64,000 nucleotides of DNA, taken from assembly GCA_964016885.1 (NCBI GenBank), contig OZ024745.1, forward strand, positions 48,112,001-48,176,000, read 5' to 3'. A program made the translations under genes and the position numbers. This document shows positions 13,029 through 35,954 of the stretch, piece by piece. The notes beneath the pieces are model-generated. The model was not told where the DNA came from. It did not search any database and saw only the letters and a list, made by a program, of their open reading frames with translations. Source of the DNA: Eledone cirrhosa (taxonomy: Eukaryota). The stretch's first letter is position 1. Each line of letters starts with the position of its first letter.

Positions 13029-14198
13029 ATGGCTAACCAGCAAAAATCCAAACAGAACTGGTCTGATAATGAAATCGACATTCTAATAAACACATGGCAT
13101 TGCCTTTCCCAAACAGAAAATATAGATGCTTCATCTCTGAACGACATTGCTAAACGTACAGTTCAATTTTTGAAAACTCGATCTGAACAACAGATTCAAA
13201 ATAAATTAAAGCAAATCGAAATTGCTTTTAAATTAATCAATAAACATTTGGATAAACTACGGTGTGTTTTCTCTTCGAATGCTGTCCAGCAGCAGCAACA
13301 ACAACAACAGCAGCTACAACAGCAACAGCAACAACAGCAACAACAACAACATCAACAACAGCTACAACAACAACAACAACAGCAACAACAACAACGACAA
13401 CAACAGTGTGAACCACTCCTTGATTCATCAACAATGGCCGATCTACTAAATGAAACTATTGACCCCCCAGTAGCCTCTGTCTCACAGCATGAAACGCCAC
13501 ATCCTTTCTCTGGCCCAGCAGTCCAATCATCACCACTGCCAACATCTCTGCCTACTACTACTACTACTACTACAACATTTTTGTCTACTGCTATGTCAAG
13601 GAATTTACCTTCTAATACCAGAACAAGAACTCTCCCTCCCACAGTCCACAAAGGTCGTCAAATCCTACCCAAACCATCATCTACACCTCTCATAACACCC
13701 ACACCCACATACCCACCCACTCGAAACCCCATCATTTGCCGCTACTCTCTACGCTATAGAATATGTACGGATAGTGGCTGCAAATTCACCCATTTACCTA
13801 GGACAAAACGATCTATCCCCACAAACAGCCACCACCATAATACATACTCTAATTTAACACCAACACAACCACCAATAACTCAAACAAGGAATCCACAAAT
13901 CTGCCGTTTTTCCCTGCGAGACAGATTGTGTTTAGACCGGGATTGTCCCTTTACCCATCTCCCGGGGACCCGTCGGATAAATGAAAATAAAATTAAAAAT
14001 AAAAGCAAAAACAAAAACCATAACCTACATAAAAATAACCACTACCACAGTCACCAACAGTCTTCTAAACAGGAAACTTCTTCCTCTTTTTTAGCCATAA
14101 TGAATCTGGCAAAAGAACTGGAAAAAAACATTCGAGCTATCACCCAGCACCACCCTCCACTATCACCCCACTGCACAAACTCCCATTGCTGCCATTAA
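13029..14198 (+). CDS. LINE ORF1: Myb/SANT-like N-terminus, polyQ, two CCCH zinc fingers
   Basis: WSDNEIDILINTW...RSEQQIQNKLK; CRYSLRYRICTDSGCKFTH and CRFSLRDRLCLDRDCPFTH (Cx8Cx4Cx3H). Confidence 0.8.
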   Translation: MANQQKSKQNWSDNEIDILINTWHCLSQTENIDASSLNDIAKRTVQFLKTRSEQQIQNKLKQIEIAFKLINKHLDKLRCVFSSNAVQQQQQQQQQLQQQQQQQQQQQHQQQLQQQQQQQQQQRQQQCEPLLDSSTMADLLNETIDPPVASVSQHETPHPFSGPAVQSSPLPTSLPTTTTTTTTFLSTAMSRNLPSNTRTRTLPPTVHKGRQILPKPSSTPLITPTPTYPPTRNPIICRYSLRYRICTDSGCKFTHLPRTKRSIPTNSHHHNTYSNLTPTQPPITQTRNPQICRFSLRDRLCLDRDCPFTHLPGTRRINENKIKNKSKNKNHNLHKNNHYHSHQQSSKQETSSSFLAIMNLAKELEKNIRAITQHHPPLSPHCTNSHCCH

Positions 14199-17100
14199 CA
14201 AACAAACAAATTAACAACACACCAAAACAATTAAAACCATCCACTCTCGCCTCTACATTTTTGCTTAACGCCCAAGGCATCAGCCCTTCCACCAATACTC
14301 AAAAATGGAAGATCAAATTCCTGGAGGACTGGATTGATGTCCATCCAAACCACATCCCTTTCTTCGTCCTCACTGAAACCCATCTCAGTAACCTCCACTT
14401 GGAAGCCGAGGTGAAAGTGAAAAATTTCAAAGCCATCCGTGCTGATCGCGCTGGCAGAAGAAAGGGCGGAACTGCCATTTATGTCCATAATTCTTTCTCA
14501 ACAGAGGCTATGAACATATTCACTAATGGATACTGTGAGGCAGTCACTGTATTCAGTCAAACCAACAACCTATTAGTAGTTGGGCTCTATAGGCCACCCC
14601 AAACGCCTGTACCATGCTTCAAGGAATGCCTCAACAGCATAAAGTGTTTCATCCAAGAGTGTCACCCTGACAACATCTTAATGATGGGGGACTTCAACCT
14701 CCCCGGAGTTGACTGGTCCACAAACACCCTGCCACCAGGTTCTTCTGCCTCAACCTCTGACAGGGAAGCTGTGGAATCGCTTCTTGACTTCATGGATGAT
14801 TTCTTCCTATCCCAACTAGTGCTCGAACCAACGAGGTGCCACAAAAACGTCCTAGACTTAATTTTCAGCAATCACACTGACAATATCCACAATATTGCAG
14901 TGGAGAAAACTCTACTCTCTGATCATGACATGGTTCTCTGTGATCTGAGATTCCACCGTCCAATATACAAACCCAATGTCATTTCTCCTGTCCATCCGTT
15001 TGACGCTATGGATTTCCACAATGCAAACTGGGAAGCGATCAGTCATGATCTTGCACATGTCGACTGGTCCTTCACGCACACTCATACACCCACTAACATC
15101 AAAAAGTCCTGGCAGACATTTGTGGACACTGTTACAAACATATGTGCTAAACACACCCCATTAAGAACTATAAACAAATCTAAGAGCAGAATCCCTAGAA
15201 ATAGAAAAACACTCATCAGAAAAATTAAGAGAACGAACAAAAAAATCAACAAGCTGAAATACTGTCAGCAGCAACACATCAACTTGACTGCCATTTCATC
15301 ACTAGAGATTAAAAAACATAACCTCCAAAACAACATAATGTCCCTCATCAACAATCAGAGAAGAGCTGAAGAGGCCTGGGCCATTGAGAAGATCAAACTC
15401 AATCCCAAAGTGTTCTTTTCATTTGCAAAAAAACACAAAATCACTGGCTCTACTGTTGGCCCTCTAATTGATGAAAATGGCACTCTTCAAGACAATGCTA
15501 AAACCATGGGTGAGATACTGCAGAAACAATACTGCTCTGTTTTCAGCAATCCTGATATGGCCGATCTGGGCTGTATCGGCGATGTTACTCCCCATTACAC
15601 CTTATCGGACATAACGTTTGGCGCCCCTGATGTCTTGGCGGCAATAAAGGAAATCAAGCATAATTCAGCAGTAGGTCCCGATAGGTTCCCTGCTTGTGTC
15701 TTGAAGGCGTGTCAACACCAACTTGCTTCTCCTCTTGCCAATCTGTGGCGGAACTCACTGGATGCTGGATATGTGCCAGAAAACCTTCTATCCCAGTCTG
15801 TTGTCCCAGTTTTCAAAAAGGGAAACAAATCCCTTGCCGTGAATTACCGTCCAATCTCACTCACCTCTCATATCATTAAGGTATTTGAGCGAGTGGTGAG
15901 ATCGCGAATGACCCACTTCCTTGAGAGTAACAATATGCTGAACTCCAACCAGCATGGATTCCGTAATGGAAGGGATTGCCTGACGCAACTACTGCATCAC
16001 TTTGATGACATTTTGAGAGCCTTGGGAGAGGGTTCCAACACTGATGTTATCTACCTTGATTTCAGCAAGGCCTTTGACAGGGTTGATCATAACATTCTAC
16101 TGAGAAAGCTGTCCAATATTGGTGTCACTGGAAAGCTGCTGCAGTGGATCAAGAGCTTCCTGTCAAACAGAACCCAACATGTTGTAGTTGAGGGAGTCAA
16201 ATCAAGCCCAGCCAAAGTCAGTAGTGGAGTCCCACAAGGCACTGTGTTGGGCCCACTTCTCTTCATCATCTATATTAATGACATCACTGACATCATCAAA
16301 CACAGCAACATTAAAATTTTCGCTGATGATTCCAAGCTCCAAAAGGTCATCAATGGCGTGGATGACCGGATAAGCCTTCAGTCAGACCTACTGGCTGTTA
16401 CCCAATGGGCAGAAAAGAACAACATGCTACTGAACGAAGACAAATTCGAACTGATCCACTTTGGAAAAGAGGATGCTCTGAAACTCCCGTACTCCCTTCC
16501 CTCCGGGGAAACTCTCGTGGCATCTAACAACATCAGAGACTTGGGAGTAACCGTGGACAGCAACATAAGCTGGACCACGCATATAAGCAGCAAAGTTGAC
16601 ATGGCCCGCAGAATGTGTTCCTGGATCCTCAGAACCTTCCAGTCGAGAGATTCCCGCACCATTATCCTTCTCTTCTCTACTTTCGCCCGACCACACCTTG
16701 AATACTGTTGTCCACTGTGGTCTCCCCACACGAAACAAAGTATCATGAAACTTGAAGCTCCTCAAAGGGCAATCACGAAAAAGATAGATGGCATGTCAGA
16801 CCTTGACTACTGGGGTCGATTGGAAAACCTGAAACTTTACTCACTCCAACGTCGCCGTGAGCGTTATATTATCTGCATGATGTGGAAAATGTTCCATCAT
16901 CACTGCCCAAATGATGTTGGCATCGCCTTCAAGATACACCCAAGGCTTGGGCCCCGTGCTATCCGTCCCATTCAAAAATCTAAATCGCAACTCATAACAA
17001 CAATACGGCACAATTATTTCACCTCAATCGGCCCTGCTCTCTTCAACATCACACCAGGACACGTCAAAACAGAAACTGACCACACAAAATTCAAGAAGTC

Positions 17101-17206
17101 TTTGGACAAATTCCTCCAAGTAATCCCGGACAAACCACCCACACCCGGATATGTCTCCGCAAACAGTAATTCTCTTCTCGAATGGGCCATGGTGCCCAAA
17201 TCCTGA
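14186..17206 (+). CDS. LINE ORF2: apurinic-type endonuclease + reverse transcriptase (intact, no AUG start)
   Basis: APE motifs LNAQG, LTETHL, YRPP, GDFN, LDL and SDH; RT motifs [25 protein letters not shown] and FADD. Frame is open from 14069. Confidence 0.95.
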   Translation: MLPLTNKQINNTPKQLKPSTLASTFLLNAQGISPSTNTQKWKIKFLEDWIDVHPNHIPFFVLTETHLSNLHLEAEVKVKNFKAIRADRAGRRKGGTAIYVHNSFSTEAMNIFTNGYCEAVTVFSQTNNLLVVGLYRPPQTPVPCFKECLNSIKCFIQECHPDNILMMGDFNLPGVDWSTNTLPPGSSASTSDREAVESLLDFMDDFFLSQLVLEPTRCHKNVLDLIFSNHTDNIHNIAVEKTLLSDHDMVLCDLRFHRPIYKPNVISPVHPFDAMDFHNANWEAISHDLAHVDWSFTHTHTPTNIKKSWQTFVDTVTNICAKHTPLRTINKSKSRIPRNRKTLIRKIKRTNKKINKLKYCQQQHINLTAISSLEIKKHNLQNNIMSLINNQRRAEEAWAIEKIKLNPKVFFSFAKKHKITGSTVGPLIDENGTLQDNAKTMGEILQKQYCSVFSNPDMADLGCIGDVTPHYTLSDITFGAPDVLAAIKEIKHNSAVGPDRFPACVLKACQHQLASPLANLWRNSLDAGYVPENLLSQSVVPVFKKGNKSLAVNYRPISLTSHIIKVFERVVRSRMTHFLESNNMLNSNQHGFRNGRDCLTQLLHHFDDILRALGEGSNTDVIYLDFSKAFDRVDHNILLRKLSNIGVTGKLLQWIKSFLSNRTQHVVVEGVKSSPAKVSSGVPQGTVLGPLLFIIYINDITDIIKHSNIKIFADDSKLQKVINGVDDRISLQSDLLAVTQWAEKNNMLLNEDKFELIHFGKEDALKLPYSLPSGETLVASNNIRDLGVTVDSNISWTTHISSKVDMARRMCSWILRTFQSRDSRTIILLFSTFARPHLEYCCPLWSPHTKQSIMKLEAPQRAITKKIDGMSDLDYWGRLENLKLYSLQRRRERYIICMMWKMFHHHCPNDVGIAFKIHPRLGPRAIRPIQKSKSQLITTIRHNYFTSIGPALFNITPGHVKTETDHTKFKKSLDKFLQVIPDKPPTPGYVSANSNSLLEWAMVPKS

Positions 17207-17431
17207 ATTGAAAGACTTCGCCAGGTGGTGCTATTAAGTTAGACATGGCCTGGGCCAATACTGGCCAAAACATTTCAAAGTTATTCAAAGTTATTAAGTT
17301 ATATATATATATGTATGTATATATATATGTATGTATATATATATGTATGTATATGTATATATATATGTATGTATATATATATATATATGTATGTATATAT
17401 ATATGTATGTATATATATATATATATGTATG

Positions 17432-17462
<31 letters not shown>

Positions 17463-17463
17463 G

Positions 17464-17504
<41 letters not shown>

Positions 17505-17649
17505 ATATATATATGTATGTATATATATATATGTATGTATATATATATATGTATGTATATATATATATGTATGTATATATATATATGTATGTATGTATAT
17601 ATATATATGTATGTATATATATATATGTATATATATATATGTATGTATA

Positions 17650-17682
<33 letters not shown>

Positions 17683-17801
17683 ATATGTATGTATGTATAT
17701 ATATATGTATGTATATATATATGTATGTATATATATATGTATGTATATATATATGTATGTATATATATATGTATGTATATATATATGTATGTATATATAT
17801 A

Positions 17802-18936
17802 TGAATGTATTTTCTGACGCTTGCACTGCCCTGGGTTTGACTGTCAGTCTCAAGAAAACCGTCGTCATGTACCAACCTGCACCTGGTAGGCAGTACACTG
17901 AACCAAACATCTATGTGTATGGCAAACGACTTGGAGTGGTTGATCAGTTTGTCTACCTGGGAAGCACTGTCAATCGATACGGCAACCTTGACGGTGAAAT
18001 CTCACTTAGGATTAGGAAAGCAAGTGATGCTTTCGGAAAGCTAGAAAGGCGACTCTGGGGTCGGCGAGACATATGCAGGAGGACAAAGGTAAGGGTGTAC
18101 AGGGCATGTGTACTCTCTTGTCTTCTTTATGCCTGCGAGACCTGGGTCACATATCGACGCCACCTTAAGCAATTGGAGCGTTTCCATCAGATGTGTCTCA
18201 GACGGATACATGGCGTTCGCTGGATGGACCACATCAGTGATGTCGAGATTTTGGAAAGCTCTATGTGTGACAGTATAGAAGCTCTTGTGCTTAAGCAGCG
18301 ACTCCGTTGGAGTGGTCACCTTGCCAGGATGAAGGATTCTAGAATACCAAAACAACTCTTCTATGGAGAGTTGGTTAAAGGAAAACGACCGCCACATAAA
18401 CCAAAAAAGAGGTATAAGGATTCCTTGAAGGCCTCTCTGAAAGACGCTAACATCTCTGCTGATACATGGGAAAATGTTGCTGCTGATCGTAATAAATGGA
18501 GAAAGACTGTATATGAGGGAAAAGTTGCCTTTGAGGCATCTCGAATCGCACACGAGAAAGTAAAGCGGGACGTGAGGAAGGGTATTGCTGTTGCACTTCC
18601 AGACGGCGAGGGTCCTCCTATGTTTCTGACATGCAGCGTCTGTGCGAGACTCTGCCTAAGCAAAGCTGGACTCGAAAGTCATCTTCGCAGTCATAAAGTA
18701 AGACCAGTGGTTGACTACCAGGCTGCTGTTGGAGATGCTACTCATCATGCTTGCCAAACATGTGGTAGAGAATGTAAATCAGCAGGAGGACTCAAGCGAC
18801 ATGCAAAAGTACACGAACTCCAACCACAGCCGACTATTCCCAGTAAATGTTTTGGTTGCCGACTCTGTGCAAGACATTTTGGATCATTGGCTGGGCTAAA
18901 AAGCCACATTCGATCGCAGCACTGTTAGTTGCTATC

Positions 18937-18974
<38 letters not shown>

Positions 18975-19057
18975 ATATGCTTATGTGCGTGCGTGTGTGT
19001 GTATATATATATGAATATGTATATTATTATTGTTGTTGTCGTTATTATTATTATTGC

Positions 19058-19118
<61 letters not shown>

Positions 19119-19178
19119 TTTTTTTTTTTTTTTTTTAATGTGCAATGGCCATACTCGATAACGAGGGGGCAGCCATCA
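17802..19178 (+). mobile_element. 5'-truncated RTE (BovB-like) LINE with three C-terminal C2H2 fingers
   Basis: [31 protein letters not shown]; CSVC..H..H, CQTC..H..H, CRLC..H; stop at 18928. 3'UTR has (GT)n, (TAT)n, polyT and the tail motif. Confidence 0.9.
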
Positions 19179-19348
19179 TGTATATATATATGTATGTATA
19201 TATATATGTATGTATATATATATGTATGTATATGTATGTATATATATATATGTATATATATATATATGTATATATATATGTATGTATATATATATATGTA
19301 TGTATATATATATATGTATATATATATATATGTATATATATATGTATG

Positions 19349-19378
<30 letters not shown>

Positions 19379-19379
<1 letters not shown>

Positions 19380-19700
19380 TAAAATATAGAGAAAAATACT
19401 GCAGGTAGCACATGGTAACATGTAATAAAATACGTCCCTCATCAGTGATTTGCCGAAGATCATAGATATTTCATTGCATTAAAAATCATATATCTCACTT
19501 CGGTGCAATAATAACCAAAATAAGTTATTAGGACAATTAAAACGCGTAAAGCGAGTGAGACAGGGTGAACAACAGAAAAGATAGCATACCGTGGGAGAGA
19601 AACAAGCTTCAAAAATTATTCTGTTAGCGTAAGCTAGGTGAATAATGAGCGCTAGGGAAAGAATAGTCCAGCACGAACGAATGCCATTGAGCAGAGAGAG
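19379..19700. other. Unidentified ~320-bp unique insert in the microsatellite
   Basis: Non-repetitive island flanked by (TA)n; the minus strand has a hammerhead-core-like arrangement at 19439-19472. Confidence 0.4.
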
Positions 19701-21771
<2,071 letters not shown>

Positions 21772-21867
21772 ATTTATTCCAATTTCTAATTTCTGCCGGA
21801 CCGGCAACCGCTCTTTCAAACCAGTTCCTGTACACAGCTAAGTATTCTATAAGTCTCTAGCTGTGTC

Positions 21868-21957
21868 ATTCTCGATAAAAGCACTGGATATGTAGTCCTG
21901 ATGAATTCTAACAAGAATGAAACGCGTAGACTTACTTCCCTTGCTTTTATCGAGAAT
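21868..21957 (+). ncRNA. Minimal type I hammerhead ribozyme
   Basis: GTAGTC-CTGATGA-ATTCT(AACA)AGAAT-GAAA-CGCG-TA|GACTTAC, with outer 16-bp stem ATTCTCGATAAAAGCA/TGCTTTTATCGAGAAT. Predicted cut after 21928. Confidence 0.85.
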
Positions 21958-22178
21958 CTAATTGTAATACGTGACGTATTCTATTCTATAGCGATTAGGT
22001 CTTCAAAATGTTTATTATAAACATACAGAATATTTTCGAATATTCTGTGTCTATATTCACATATATATCGCTATTTCAGAGCATTTATTCCAATTTCTAA
22101 TTTCTGCCGGACCGGCAACCGCTCTTTCAAACCAGTTCCTGTACACAGCTAAGTATTCTATAAGTCTCTAGCTGTGTC

Positions 22179-22268
22179 ATTCTCGATAAAAGCACTGGAT
22201 ATGTAGTCCTGATGAATTCTAACAAGAATGAAACGCGTAGACTTACTTCCCTTGCTTTTATCGAGAAT
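22179..22268 (+). ncRNA. Minimal type I hammerhead ribozyme (second unit)
   Basis: Identical copy 311 nt downstream; predicted cut after 22239. Confidence 0.85.
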
Positions 22269-22406
22269 CTAATTGTAATACGTGACGTATTCTATTCTAT
22301 AGCGATTAGGTCTTCAAAATGTTTATTATAAACATACAGAATATTTTCGAATATTCTGTGTCTATATTCACATATATATCGCTATTTCAGAGCATTTATT
22401 CCAATA

Positions 22407-22443
<37 letters not shown>

Positions 22444-22452
22444 GTATATATG

Positions 22453-22515
<63 letters not shown>

Positions 22516-22594
22516 GTATATGTATATATATATATATGTATATGTATATATATGTATATGTATATATATATATATGTATATGTATATATATATG

Positions 22595-24133
22595 GTTATA
22601 TTTGGGGAGGGTCATATTTGCGTAATATTGCCAGAATTAATAACAGAACACACTCACTGTTTGGTTGGTTTTCGCTTCTCGCTGTCTTTTATATATATAT
22701 ATCTGCGATCTAGCTTACTCGGTCCTCAATGTTGCCATTGACTGACCGGCGGTCAAAAATAATACAGATACAATATAGACAAACACATATATATATAGTT
22801 TACATAAATCTTTCGTTGCACATCTGCAACATCGTCAGTGGTGTTATATTCATTGTTCCTCCTGTTGTGTTGTATGTCTACGCCATTTTTTTGTTCAGTC
22901 TGTCTATATATTTATTTATTTATTTGCTTGTTTGTTTATCTTATTTTATTTTGTCTTCTTTGCGCATGCGTTTGCGTGTGTGTATAGTGTTATGTGTGAT
23001 GTGTGATGTGTGACTAGTGTGTATAGTGTTGTCTGCTGGGTGACTAGTGTGTGTTTATGTGCTTGTGTATGTATTTATTTATCTTATTTTATTTAATTTA
23101 ATTTACTTATTTATTTATACTTCTCTTAGGTCAGTGTTGTTTGTTTGGGTGTTGTTGTTGTTCCACTCATTCTTTCTGTTTAGCTTTGGTCTTCTAATTT
23201 CTATTTCACTGGCCTCTCTGATTTGCCTATCTGCTGGGTCATTCCTATGTTTAGATATTATTCTAATTTCTATGTTGTCTATGTTACCGTCATGATGTTG
23301 TCTAGCATGTTCGTATAGTACTGACCCGTTTTTTCGTCCTTTTAGTTCCCCCCAGTGTTGGTCTATCCTTTCACCTATGCTACGAATTATATCTATTAGA
23401 ATAATATCTAAACATAGGAATGACCCAGCAGATAGGCAAATCAGAGAGGCCAGTGAAATAGAAATTAGAAGACCAAAGCTAAACAGAAAGAATGAGTGGA
23501 ACAACAACAACACCCAAACAAACAACACTGACCTAAGAGAAGTATAAATAAATAAGTAAATTAAATTAAATAAAATAAGATAAATAAATACATACACAAG
23601 CACATAAACACACACTAGTCACCCAGCAGACAACACTATACACACTAGTCACACATCACACATCACACATAACACTATACACACACGCAAACGCATGCGC
23701 AAAGAAGACAAAATAAAATAAGATAAACAAACAAGCAAATAAATAAATAAATATATAGACAGACTGAACAAAAAAAATGGCGTAGACATACAACACAACA
23801 GGAGGAACAATGAATATAACACCACTGACGATGTTGCAGATGTGCAACGAAAGATTTATGTAAACTATATATATATGTGTTTGTCTATATTGTATCTGTA
23901 TTATTTTTGACCGCCGGTCAGTCAATGGCAACATTGAGGACCGAGTAAGCTAGATCGCAGATATATATATATAAAAGACAGCGAGAAGCGAAAACCAACC
24001 AAACAGTGAGTGTGTTCTGTTATTAATTCTGGCAATATTACGCAAATATGACCCTCCCCAAATATAACAATATCTGTTTCGACACACGATTTCATTTCAT
24101 ATAAAAAACCTCGCAAAACTAATTCATCGCCGC
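22595..24133. mobile_element. Penelope-like element: two 3' fragments joined head-to-head (673-bp inverted arms)
   Basis: Arms 22595-23267 and 23395-24068. The minus strand 23115-23394 encodes a GIY-YIG C-terminus RSIGERIDQH...SVLYEH...RQIREA..I..PKLNRKNEW. Hammerhead-like core in each arm. Confidence 0.8.
23815..23865 (+). ncRNA. Hammerhead-like motif in PLE pseudo-LTR (mirror copy on - strand at ~22798-22848)
   Basis: CTGACGA-T-GTTGCA(GATG)TGCAAC-GAAA-GATT-TA; stem I is weak. Confidence 0.55.
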
Positions 24134-33545
<9,412 letters not shown>

Positions 33546-34053
33546 TGTCAGACCTTGACTATTGGGGTCGATTGGAAAACCTGAAACTTTACTCACTCCA
33601 ACGTCGCCGTGAGCGTTATATTATCTGCATGATGTGGAAAATGTTCCATCATCACTGCCCCAAATGATGTTGGCATCGCCTTCAAGATACACCCAAGGCT
33701 GGCCCGTGCTATCCGTCCCATTCAAAAATCTAAATCGCAACTCATAACAACAATACGGCACAATTATTTCACCTCAATCGGCCCTGCTCTCTTCAACATC
33801 ACACCAGGACACGTCAAAACAGAAACTGACCACACAAAATTCAAGAAGTCTTTGGACAAATTCCTCCAAGTAATCCCGGACAAACCACCCACACCCGGAT
33901 ATGTCTCCGCAAACAGTAATTCTCTTCTCGAATGGGCCATGGTGCCCAAATCCTGAATTGAAAGACTTCGCCAGGTGGTGCTATTAAGTTAGACATGGCC
34001 TGGGCCAATACTGGCCAAAACATTTCAAAGTTATTCAAAGTTATTCAAAGTTA
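33546..34053 (+). mobile_element. 5'-truncated second copy of the 12227-17301 LINE
   Basis: Near-identical to 16794-17300, including the (TTCAAAGTTA)n tail; microsatellite on both sides. Confidence 0.92.
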
Positions 34054-34145
34054 TATGTATATGTATGTATATATATATATATGTATATGTATGTATATAT
34101 ATATATATGTATATGTATGTATATATATATATATGTATATGTATG

Positions 34146-34181
<36 letters not shown>

Positions 34182-34213
34182 TGTATGTATATATATATAT
34201 ATGTATATGTATG

Positions 34214-34262
<49 letters not shown>

Positions 34263-34285
34263 ATATATATATATGTATATGTATG

Positions 34286-34334
<49 letters not shown>

Positions 34335-34357
34335 ATATATATATATGTATATGTATG

Positions 34358-34409
<52 letters not shown>

Positions 34410-34832
34410 TGTATGTATATATATATATATATGTATGTATATATATATATATATGTATGTACATGTATGTATATATATATATGTATGTATATATATATAT
34501 GTATATGTATGTATATGTATATGTATGTATATATATATATGTATGTATATGTATGTATATATATGTATATGTATGTATATATATATATATGTATATGTAT
34601 GTATATATATATATGTATATGTATGTATATATATATATATATATATGTATATGTATGTATATATATATATATGTATATGTATGTATATATATATATGTAT
34701 ATGTATGTATATATATATATATATGTATGTACATGTATGTATATATATATATATATGTATGTACATGTATGTATATATATATATATATGTATGTACATGT
34801 ATGTATATATATATATGTATGTACATGTATGT

Positions 34833-34863
<31 letters not shown>

Positions 34864-34874
34864 TATGTATATGT

Positions 34875-34905
<31 letters not shown>

Positions 34906-35316
34906 TATGTATATGTATGTATATATATATATATATATATATGTGTATGTATATGTATGTATATATATATATATATATATATGTGTATGTATATGTATGT
35001 ATATATATATGTATATGTATATGTATATATATATGTATGTATATGTATGTATATGTATGTATATATATATATATATGTATATATGTATATGTATATGTAT
35101 GTATGTATGTATATATATGTATATGTATGTATATGTATGTATGTATGTATATGTATGTATATGTATGTATATGTATGTATATGTATGTATGTATGTATAT
35201 GTATGTATATGTATGTATATGTATGTATATGTATGTATATGTATGTATATGTATGTATATGTATGTATATGTACGTATATATGTATATGTACCTATGTAT
35301 ATATGCATGTATATAT
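34054..35316. repeat. (TA)n/(TATG)n microsatellite
   Basis: Seen directly in the sequence. Confidence 0.97.
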
Positions 35317-35703
35317 TGCGCCTGGGGTTCTTCACCCCAGAGAGCCTTCTCCAACACAATCTAGGCTTGTAATATTGGAGTAGCAATGGTAGAGGTTGCC
35401 GATATCTGCCGACACACAGACAAATACAACTTATATTGCTGTATTTTTACTATTGAACTGATTGAAGTGAACATTTACAGTTTTTGACAGAACATTTGAA
35501 TTTGTAATGCTATGCAATCACAGTGCTGTTCTATACTTTTCAAGAATATCCTTCTAATGCGATTTCATGCGATTTAGGACATTAAGAGTTAACAAATGCT
35601 GTAATACGATTCTTGAAGTTTGTGTCTATCTGATTGGGCCGATCTTATTTCTTTCCAGACATATCTATTGATGTCACTGATTCTGGTAAACTATTATTAT
35701 AAT

Positions 35704-35893
35704 GGGCGGTGGATTGGCAGTATCGGTAGAGGGGGCGCCATGCTTTGCAGCAAAAAGTTAAGGCCCTTTATCGTCTGAGTTCTTATCCCGCCGAGGTTAA
35801 CTTTGCCTTTCATCCTTACGGGGTCGATAAAATAAAGTACCAATAATACACTGGGATAATTGCTGGCCTTGTGCCAAAAGTGGAAACAATTAT
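35704..35893 (+). mobile_element. Nin/Deu-core SINE with TSD ATTATAAT
   Basis: GGCGGTGGATTGGCAG head, GCCTTTCATCCTTACGGGGTCGATAAAATAAAGTACC core, GAAACAATTAT end. Confidence 0.8.
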
Positions 35894-35954
35894 AATTACA
35901 TTTCTCTATTTGTCCAGCACCTTTGAAGTGCCAACATATTCTCAGTGAATTAAA

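Larger units (their letters stand above)
12227..17301 (+). mobile_element. Full-length CR1/L2-group LINE inserted in TA/TATG microsatellite
   Basis: 5'UTR with tandem duplications, ORF1, ORF2 (APE+RT), short 3'UTR and (TTCAAAGTTA)n tail running into (TA)n. Confidence 0.9.
21772..22405 (+). mobile_element. 2x311-bp (+12 bp) tandem repeat with one hammerhead per unit; retrozyme-like
   Basis: Units 21772-22082 and 22083-22393 appear identical, followed by ATTTATTCCAAT; flanked by (TA)n on both sides. Confidence 0.85.

Noticed and set aside
13237-17288. Short antisense and alternate-frame ORFs over the LINE (polyV, polyC, polyN)
   Set aside because: Shadows of the CAA/CAG tract and of ORF2.
17315-17801. 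N-terminal 160 aa of the 537-aa ORF
   Set aside because: Microsatellite read-through into a 5'-truncated RTE; not a real fusion.
19539-19548. AAAACGCGTA, similar to the hammerhead GAAACGCGTA
   Set aside because: No upstream CUGANGA on that strand.
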